Shown piece by piece: positions 58,259 through 64,000 of a stretch of 64,000 bases of DNA. Origin of the DNA: an uncultured delta proteobacterium (GTDB lineage: Bacteria > Desulfobacterota > Desulfuromonadia > Geobacterales > DSM-12255); contig CAWBBV010000004.1 in NCBI GenBank assembly GCA_963787125.1, forward strand, positions 133,192 to 197,191. The letters run 5' to 3'. Both the position numbers and the translations under genes were made by a program. Below the pieces are notes generated by a model. It worked only from the letters and a program-made list of their open reading frames with translations, had not been told where the DNA came from and ran no database searches. The stretch's first letter is position 1. Each line of letters starts with the position of its first letter.

Positions 58259-60097
58259 GTGATGAGCGTTTTTGAACTGACTGCAACTGACCGGCATTTT
58301 GCCGCCTTCATCAAACGGGAAGCGGGCGTCAGCCCGCCCTGGCTGGAGCTGGTTGTCGCCCTGGCAAGCAGTGCCATCGCCAGTGGCAATATCTGCCTGA
58401 ATCTGGCCGATATTGCCGCGACGGAAATCCTGGTGGACGACGCGCCCGAGCGGCTTCCACCCCTGGGAGAGTTGCTGGTGCAGCTGGCCGGAACAGCGGT
58501 CGTCGGGGCGCCGGGCGAGTTCAAACCGCTGATCCTCGATGGTGATGGCCGGCTTTACCTGTACCGCTACTGGCACTACGAGCGGGAACTGGGGCGAATC
58601 ATTCTGGAAAAAGCCGGAGCGGCGGGCGGCGAACTTGCTGAAGAGCTCCTCGAAAACGGCCTGCAGCGGCTCTTTCCGGCAGGAAAAGGCAAAGAATGCG
58701 ACTGGCAAAAGATCGCCGCCTTGGCGGCGCTGCAGAAAAAGTTCTGTGTTATCTCCGGAGGGCCTGGAACCGGTAAAACTACAACGGTCGTGAAGATCCT
58801 GGCCCTCTTGCTGGAACAGGCCGGGGAGCGGCCGCTGCGCATCGCCCTGGCTGCCCCTACCGGCAAGGCGGCAGCGCGCTTAAAGGAAGCAATCCAGACC
58901 ATGAAGGCCGGACTTGATTGCAGCGAGGCCGTTAAAGTTCTGATTCCGAATGAGGTGACAACGATCCACCGGCTGCTGGGTGTCAAAAGCGGCTCGCACC
59001 GTTTCCGCCATTCGGCCGGGAACCTCCTCCCCCATGATCTGGTCATAATTGATGAAGCCTCAATGGTAGCGCTGCCGCTCATGGCCAAGCTGGTGACGGC
59101 TCTAAAGAGTGACGCCCGTCTGATTCTACTCGGAGACAGGGATCAGCTTGCGTCGGTAGAGGCGGGGGCGGTTCTCGGTGATATCTGCGGCAGGGGCCGC
59201 CAGGAACCTTTTTCTTCCGGTTTTGCCGACTTTGTTGCCAGGGTAACAGGTGGGAAGCTCCCGGTCGATCCAGCAGCTGGTGACAAGGCGCCCCTTGCCG
59301 ACTCGCTGGTGGTGCTGAAGAAAAACTATCGCTTCGGGGAAGCTAGCGGTATCGGCGCGGTCGCACGCGCCGTGAACAGCGGCGCCGGGGATGAAGCTCT
59401 GGCGCTGCTCAGGGCTAAGGGGGGCACAGGCTGCAGCTGGTATGACGCCCCCAGGCAGGCCACTCTTAAAAAAGAGCTGACAGCACTGGTAGTCAGTGAA
59501 TACGGCGCATATCTGGCGGCAAAAACGCCTGCCGAGGCACTGCGGCTCTTTGACAACTTCAGGATTCTTTGTGCCGTGCGGCAGGGAGTTTATGGCGTGA
59601 CCGGGATAAATGCCGCTGTTGAAGAGATTCTCACGGAAAAAGGGCTGATCGAGCCCCGTAACCGCTGGTACGCCGGCAGGCCGGTGCTGATCACCGTCAA
59701 CGATTACCAGCAAAAGTTGTTCAACGGTGACATCGGCATTGTCCTGCCAGACCAGGCCGCTGCCGGTGCGCCGCGGGTCTGGTTTCCCGCCGCTGAAGGG
59801 GGACTGCGCAGTGTCTCCCCGCTGCGCCTCCCGGCTCACGAGACGGTCTATGCCATGACGGTTCACAAAAGCCAGGGGTCCGAGTTTGGCCGGGTGCTGC
59901 TGCTCCTGCCCGATAGCGATTTGGAACTCTTGGCGCGGGAGCTGATCTACACCGGGATTACCAGAGCGAAAAGCGCAGTTGCCGTCTGGGGGGACAAGGA
60001 GGTTTTTGTTGCCGCCGTAGCCAGAAGAATCGAGCGGAAGTCGGGGCTGAGAGCTGCCCTCTGGGAGAATCCTGATGATTTAAATTTTTCTGAATAA
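58259..60097 (+). CDS. recD: Exodeoxyribonuclease V alpha subunit
   Basis: GGPGTGKTT, DEASM, TVHKSQGSEF. Confidence 0.97.
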   Translation: MMSVFELTATDRHFAAFIKREAGVSPPWLELVVALASSAIASGNICLNLADIAATEILVDDAPERLPPLGELLVQLAGTAVVGAPGEFKPLILDGDGRLYLYRYWHYERELGRIILEKAGAAGGELAEELLENGLQRLFPAGKGKECDWQKIAALAALQKKFCVISGGPGTGKTTTVVKILALLLEQAGERPLRIALAAPTGKAAARLKEAIQTMKAGLDCSEAVKVLIPNEVTTIHRLLGVKSGSHRFRHSAGNLLPHDLVIIDEASMVALPLMAKLVTALKSDARLILLGDRDQLASVEAGAVLGDICGRGRQEPFSSGFADFVARVTGGKLPVDPAAGDKAPLADSLVVLKKNYRFGEASGIGAVARAVNSGAGDEALALLRAKGGTGCSWYDAPRQATLKKELTALVVSEYGAYLAAKTPAEALRLFDNFRILCAVRQGVYGVTGINAAVEEILTEKGLIEPRNRWYAGRPVLITVNDYQQKLFNGDIGIVLPDQAAAGAPRVWFPAAEGGLRSVSPLRLPAHETVYAMTVHKSQGSEFGRVLLLLPDSDLELLARELIYTGITRAKSAVAVWGDKEVFVAAVARRIERKSGLRAALWENPDDLNFSE

Positions 60098-60405
60098 GAA
60101 GTTGCGGCAGATATTCGGTTACTAATTCCTCGACCAGGTTTGCTTGAAGAAGATCCCTTGATCGTTTCATAGTCTCCCTATCCGCCTGTTCTGCCAGCCA
60201 TCTTTTGAACTGAATGAATGTTAAGGGGGAGATAGTATTCATTCTGGCCATATGCCCAGAGGCAGAAACGATCATTGTTGAAAAAGACGGCCCCTCCAGA
60301 AGAACACCTGCATTTCTTGCGGGCACTACATAAAACTCATCACCTTCATCGTCAGTGATTCGCATCGAATGAGGGTCGCCATCCTTTTGCCTCTTCTCTA
60401 CCTGC
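60098..60405 (-). pseudogene. C-terminal fragment of a GSU2403-like nucleotidyltransferase-fold protein
   Basis: GHMARMNTISP..FKRWLA..R..KRSRDLLQA..EYLP; the N-terminal part is replaced by an attC; family call by recall. Confidence 0.6.
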
Positions 60406-60474
60406 GACCAACGTTCATAAGGCTGACCCGTCCGACCGGTTCCTCGGGCGGCCTGGTCGTGTTGCAAGTTGGAA
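60406..60474 (-). repeat. attC site (satellite cluster)
   Basis: gaccaac gttcataaggctgacc...ggcctggtcgtgttgcaa gttggaa; resembles the 2804/8583/25239 family, somewhat degenerate. Confidence 0.65.
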
Positions 60475-60506
60475 GTTCGGTTTTCAGCACTCTTTTTCTT
60501 TAGGAC

Positions 60507-60535
60507 TTGACCTGTGTAAACAAATTGTTTATATT
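60507..60535 (+). promoter_or_regulatory. higBA promoter with palindromic operator
   Basis: TTGACC-17bp-TATATT; TAAACAAATTGTTTA; ATG 7 nt downstream suggests a leaderless mRNA. Confidence 0.7.
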
Positions 60536-60541
60536 GTGTCC

Positions 60542-60823
60542 ATGATCACATCATTCGCGAACAAAGAAGCTGAAAAACTCTTTGCCACGGGGAAATCTAA
60601 AAAACATCCAACTGAAATCATAACCCGTGCGATCATGCGATTAACGCAGTTGGACAATGCACGCGAGGTTGCTGATTTGCTAATGCCCCCGTCAAACCGC
60701 CTTGAAAACCTTTCCGGTGATAGAGCGGGACAGTGGAGCATCAGAATTAATGACCAGTGGCGCGTATGCTTTCAGTTTGCCAATGGTGATGCTACTGATG
60801 TCGAAATTACTGATTACCATTAA
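60542..60823 (+). CDS. higB: HigB (RelE/ParE-like) toxin
   Basis: PPSNRLENLSGDRAGQWSIRINDQWRVCF...DYH. Confidence 0.93.
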   Translation: MITSFANKEAEKLFATGKSKKHPTEIITRAIMRLTQLDNAREVADLLMPPSNRLENLSGDRAGQWSIRINDQWRVCFQFANGDATDVEITDYH

Positions 60824-60835
60824 AGGAGAAATCTT

Positions 60836-61138
60836 ATGGCTATCAAAAATGGGCTTCCCCCCATACATCCTGGAGTCTTCTTGAAGGAAATACTTGGTGA
60901 GCTTGGCATGTCTCAAAACGCATTTGCTCATGCAATTGGCGTTTCACCCATGCGAATATCTCATGTGATCAAAGGCTCACGACCTGTTACGGCAGAGCTG
61001 GCTGTTCTTTTCGGCAAAGTATTCGGTCAGACACCCACCTATTGGATGAACTTGCAAACCAGCTATGACCTCAAGACTGCTCAAAAAGCGATGGTACAGA
61101 GGGTACAACAAGTACAGCCACTTTTGATGGCTGCATAG
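60836..61138 (+). CDS. higA: HigA antitoxin
   Basis: PPIHPGVFLKE...WMNLQTSYDL. Confidence 0.93.
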   Translation: MAIKNGLPPIHPGVFLKEILGELGMSQNAFAHAIGVSPMRISHVIKGSRPVTAELAVLFGKVFGQTPTYWMNLQTSYDLKTAQKAMVQRVQQVQPLLMAA

Positions 61139-61457
61139 AGGTTTGTTCACCAAGATAATTTCCTGTGTTCAAGATTAATGACTAATCTTGCGGCAGAATC
61201 CACCGTTCCATCTGGTCTCAATTTCTCCTCGCATATGCACGCTTCACCGATACCAACCCTATTTGCTGGAACATAATTACCATGCAGATATATGCCCACC
61301 CAGCAACGCTGTACGGCAGGCGGTGATTCGCTCCGCCGCCCGCCACATGTGCGGAGGCAGTGGCTTGCCGCCAAATTTGTTCTTTAAACCGCACTCTATG
61401 ATCTGCTGCAGGCTCACTCTATGTCTCCGTAAAGTGGCGTAACATCCTTGAATTATT

Positions 61458-61527
61458 ATTCAACGTGGTCGAGGCGCAGCGGCGGCGCGGTCATCCGCGC
61501 CGACCTGCTGCCGCCGAGTGGTTGGAT
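61458..61527 (-). repeat. attC site (satellite cluster)
   Basis: attcaac...GGCGCAGC..CGGCGCGG/CCGCGCCG..GCTGCCGCC...gttggat. Confidence 0.88.
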
Positions 61528-61533
61528 GATCCG

Positions 61534-61800
61534 TTACTCGTAATGCGTCCACATGCGGATTACTTTTATTGTTTTGATATCTTCTAGCACCTCATAAACC
61601 AGTCGATGCTGAATATTGATTCTACGGGAATATGCACCTGACAGATCGCCGACAAGTTTTTCGTATGGTGGGGGATTTTTGAAGGGATTTTCTTTGATGA
61701 TTTCAAGTAGTCGTTCGGCTTGCGGCTTTAACCCGGAGTGCGCGATCTTTTTTGCATCTTTTTGCGCTTGCTTGGTAAATACAAGTTGCCAGATTACCAT
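61534..61800 (-). CDS. yoeB: Txe/YoeB toxin
   Basis: PPYEKLVGDLSGAYSRRINIQHRLVY...MWTHYE. Confidence 0.94.
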   Translation of the reverse strand: MVIWQLVFTKQAQKDAKKIAHSGLKPQAERLLEIIKENPFKNPPPYEKLVGDLSGAYSRRINIQHRLVYEVLEDIKTIKVIRMWTHYE

Positions 61801-62042
61801 GCAAGTTCCTCACTGCACTCGGATACCGGGGTTTTGAGACCTTTCTTGATGGATTCTCGCATTAAGGGAATTGAAGTGAGATACAAAGTTTCCTGAATAG
61901 CACGCCAATCGTCTTCTGAGATGAGAACTGCTGAATGACGTTTGCCAACAATCTGGATTGGGTCATGCGATAAAGCGACATCATCGACAAGGTTATATAG
62001 GGATTTTCTTGCTTCTGTTGCTGATAGTGTTGTCATTTTCAA
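61794..62042 (-). CDS. yefM: Phd/YefM antitoxin
   Basis: SATEARKSLYNLVD...IQETLYL; start TTG 62042 or ATG 62036. Confidence 0.93.
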   Translation of the reverse strand: MKMTTLSATEARKSLYNLVDDVALSHDPIQIVGKRHSAVLISEDDWRAIQETLYLTSIPLMRESIKKGLKTPVSECSEELAW

Positions 62043-62054
62043 TCACCTCCCTTT

Positions 62055-62093
62055 CGTACGTTAAATCGTACGCTGGTGGCAGTGTTAAGTCAA
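62055..62093 (-). promoter_or_regulatory. yefM-yoeB promoter and operator
   Basis: TTGACT-17bp-TACGAT; two CGTACG palindromes 12 bp apart. Confidence 0.75.
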
Positions 62094-62103
62094 TTTATTT
62101 CTC

Positions 62104-62161
62104 ATCTAACGGATCGGGAGAACAGCGGCGGTCTTTGGCCGGTGCATCTTCCTGGTTGAAA
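62104..62161 (-). repeat. attC site (satellite cluster)
   Basis: atctaac ggatcgggagaacagcggc...gccggtgcatcttcctg gttgaaa; resembles the attC sites at 320 and 18112. Confidence 0.82.
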
Positions 62162-62236
62162 GATTTACCGTATTCTTTTTGTGACCATAGGGGGACATTC
62201 TATAGTCCACCTGTCAACTGAAAATGGGACCATGGG

Positions 62237-62296
62237 GGGACATTGCTTGCTAATCAACTATTATCATAATTAGCTAAATAGCAAGCAACGTACCCC
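62237..62296. repeat. REP-like inverted repeat GGGACATTGCTTGCTA...TAGCAAGCAACGTACCC
   Basis: Imperfect palindrome, preceded by a partial direct copy GACCATAGGGGGACATT near 62183. Confidence 0.5.
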
Positions 62297-62513
62297 AAAG
62301 GTTCGTAAGGCTTGAAAAAACCTTTTTTCATTGCATAAGGAACGTTTTTGCCGGTGACAGCAGCCTTTTAATGGGTGCCCCCACCAGCATTCCCTGCACC
62401 TCTACTGCAACAGGCACAGTGTCAATATTTGGAATAAATTACCAAAAAGTGGTATTATGTAGACAGGCAATGAAGATATTGTAAGCTGAGTGAATAGAGA
62501 AGGAGGTAAGGTT

Positions 62514-62999
62514 ATGAACATCATCGATTGCACAATAAAAATGAGAAAAGAGGCGCAGGCTAACTATGCAAATCTTTCACTGGCGGCTGCCGATAAGGAA
62601 CTGAAAAGAATATTCTCTTTGTTGGCACTGGCAGAGGATGAGCATATAGATAAATTGACGGCGATCAGGGCTGAGACCACAACTTCCATGGCTACTGAGT
62701 ACCGGCTTGACAACAGTGTCTGTGCCTACAGAACGCAGCTTAAGCCGGACAGGCTGGGAGAAACGCTCCGCTCTGATCCGGATGCTTATCTGCATGTATT
62801 GAAAGACGAAGAAAAAAGTATCAAATTCTTCGACAGCCTGGCAGCCAATGCCGAGAGCGAAACTGTGCGCAGAGTCTGCGCGGCTGTTGCAGAGAAGGAG
62901 CGGGAACATCTCAAGGTAGTAGAAAATATCTACGCGTTTGTAGAAGAGCCGCGGACCTATCTGGAATGGGGTGAATTCAGCAACCTCAGAAGCCTGTAG
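62514..62999 (+). CDS. Rubrerythrin/ferritin-like protein
   Basis: Two ExxH motifs (EDEH, EREH); AGGAGG RBS. Confidence 0.85.
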   Translation: MNIIDCTIKMRKEAQANYANLSLAAADKELKRIFSLLALAEDEHIDKLTAIRAETTTSMATEYRLDNSVCAYRTQLKPDRLGETLRSDPDAYLHVLKDEEKSIKFFDSLAANAESETVRRVCAAVAEKEREHLKVVENIYAFVEEPRTYLEWGEFSNLRSL

Positions 63000-63313
63000 G
63001 TCATAGTGTGGGGGGGTGGCATTATGAATACCGGAAAATATGAAAACGTATGTTACCGGACAGAACAGCGTGAGGAGAACGTTCTCCTGTGTAATCTGAG
63101 GAACGGCTCGACGGGCTATACTTTCGGCTGCACCTCAGCTGGAAGAGACACTGCAGGTAAAAATGCCGGATGGTAGTTTGGACTCCTGGCAGCGCGAGGA
63201 GTGCACGGAAGTAAGCTCCGGATTGTGAAGCGGCCCGAACAGGCCATGCTTCAGCGATAATGAGCTGATATACATAAGCAGTTTAAAACGGCAGAAGAAA
63301 GGAGGTGCAGATC

Positions 63314-63469
63314 ATGACGACGAGAAATGACAAGGTGTGCGCCGTGAGCGATGAAGTTCTGCTCAAGGAACTGAGCCGAAAGCCTGAAGTCATTTGTGCA
63401 CGTTGCGGCGCCAAAGCGCACAATAGGAATAGTGTCTGTGAGCCGATTGCCATAGAAGCAGATCATTAA
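63314..63469 (+). CDS. 51-aa Cys-containing small protein (below ORF-track cutoff)
   Basis: AAGGAGG RBS; CARCGAKA...VCEP; terminator-like hairpin near 63500. Confidence 0.65.
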   Translation: MTTRNDKVCAVSDEVLLKELSRKPEVICARCGAKAHNRNSVCEPIAIEADH

Positions 63470-63670
63470 TTGCCTCGGCAGTTTGCAAAAATAAAGGTGA
63501 GGCCGGAGAAAGTTTCCGGCCTTTTTCTTGTCTGTGCTGCAAGAGGCTGGGTTGGAGAAGCTGGTGCAAGCTTGGTCCAATACCCCTACTCTGGCTATGT
63601 AATGATTGGTGCGGGGTTGAGTCTGTCTCGTTGGCTTATTTTGCAGCTAAGAACGCCATAATTATCGCTG

Positions 63671-63973
63671 TTACTTCAAGCTCTCCAGCGCTTCCCAGCG
63701 GCTGTAAACCGTCTTTAACTCCTCTTCCAGAGCGGCAAGCCGATCATTGATGACCGTAAACTGGGCGACGGCATTTTTGTAGAAATCCGGGTCTGCCAGG
63801 CGAGCGTGCAGTCCGGCCTGCTCAGCTTCCAGGGTGGCAATCTTTTCGGGGAGCGCGGCCAACTCCCGCTCTTCCTTGAAGGAGAGCTGGCGTGATTTCT
63901 CTTTTTCCGCTCTCGCCTGCTCCTTGGGGGTCTTCACTTCGCTTAGCTGCGTAGCCTGAGGGGACGTTGGTGA
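63671..63973 (-). pseudogene. C-terminal (Uup-type CTD) fragment of an ABC-F ATPase
   Basis: LSFKEERELAALPEKIATLE...DPDFYK...RWEALE; in-frame TAA upstream at 63974-63976. Confidence 0.65.
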
Positions 63974-64000
63974 TTAGTCAACTAAGCACCGAGTTAGTCA

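Noticed and set aside
61147..61374. 75-aa minus-strand ORF after higA
   Set aside because: No convincing start or RBS and no recognisable family; possibly a fragment
61302..61385. Fourth attC in the satellite cluster (cagcaac...CGGCAGGC/GCTTGCCG...gttcttt)
   Set aside because: Stem present, but spacer lengths and R boxes do not fit the other sites; at best a degenerate remnant

Overview
Chromosomal window from what looks like a Geobacteraceae/Desulfuromonadia-type deltaproteobacterium (inferred from gene content and order, not from a search). Bases 1-29.5 kb are a chromosomal integron. A long intI (28127-29482, +) faces away from an attI site (crossover at about 27429) and a minus-strand cassette array with 18 attC sites read by eye; the array runs off the left edge. 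Four mobile elements sit in the array: two class IIC group II introns in the canonical TTGT/T position of attC bottom strands, a third IIB-like intron with non-canonical ends inserted into the top-strand R' box of an attC, and an IS1380 element that splits a TPR gene. Notable cassettes are an AT-rich three-gene cassette (NMP-kinase/PurC-like fusion, HEAT-repeat/amyloid-like-motif/3-TM protein, AAA_28 kinase) that is a candidate new defence or nucleotide-signalling system, a DUF3800 gene with a convergent small RNA, and an inverted ORF whose RBS and start codon lie inside its own attC. The integron platform is also unusual: a small accessory gene and six 18-bp GTTT-N10-AAAC-type repeats lie between attI and intI. 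Bases 30-60 kb are ordinary core genome (Rep/UvrD helicase, GGDEF-EAL protein, mutM, frameshifted baeS/baeR-like pair, spy, tRNA-Arg, sirC-ccsA-hemA-hemC-cobA/hemD-hemB, oleC-like, slyD, yccA, recCBD). A small satellite cluster of three attC sites carrying higBA and yefM-yoeB follows recD (60.4-62.2 kb). All family calls come from motif recognition; no database searches were run.
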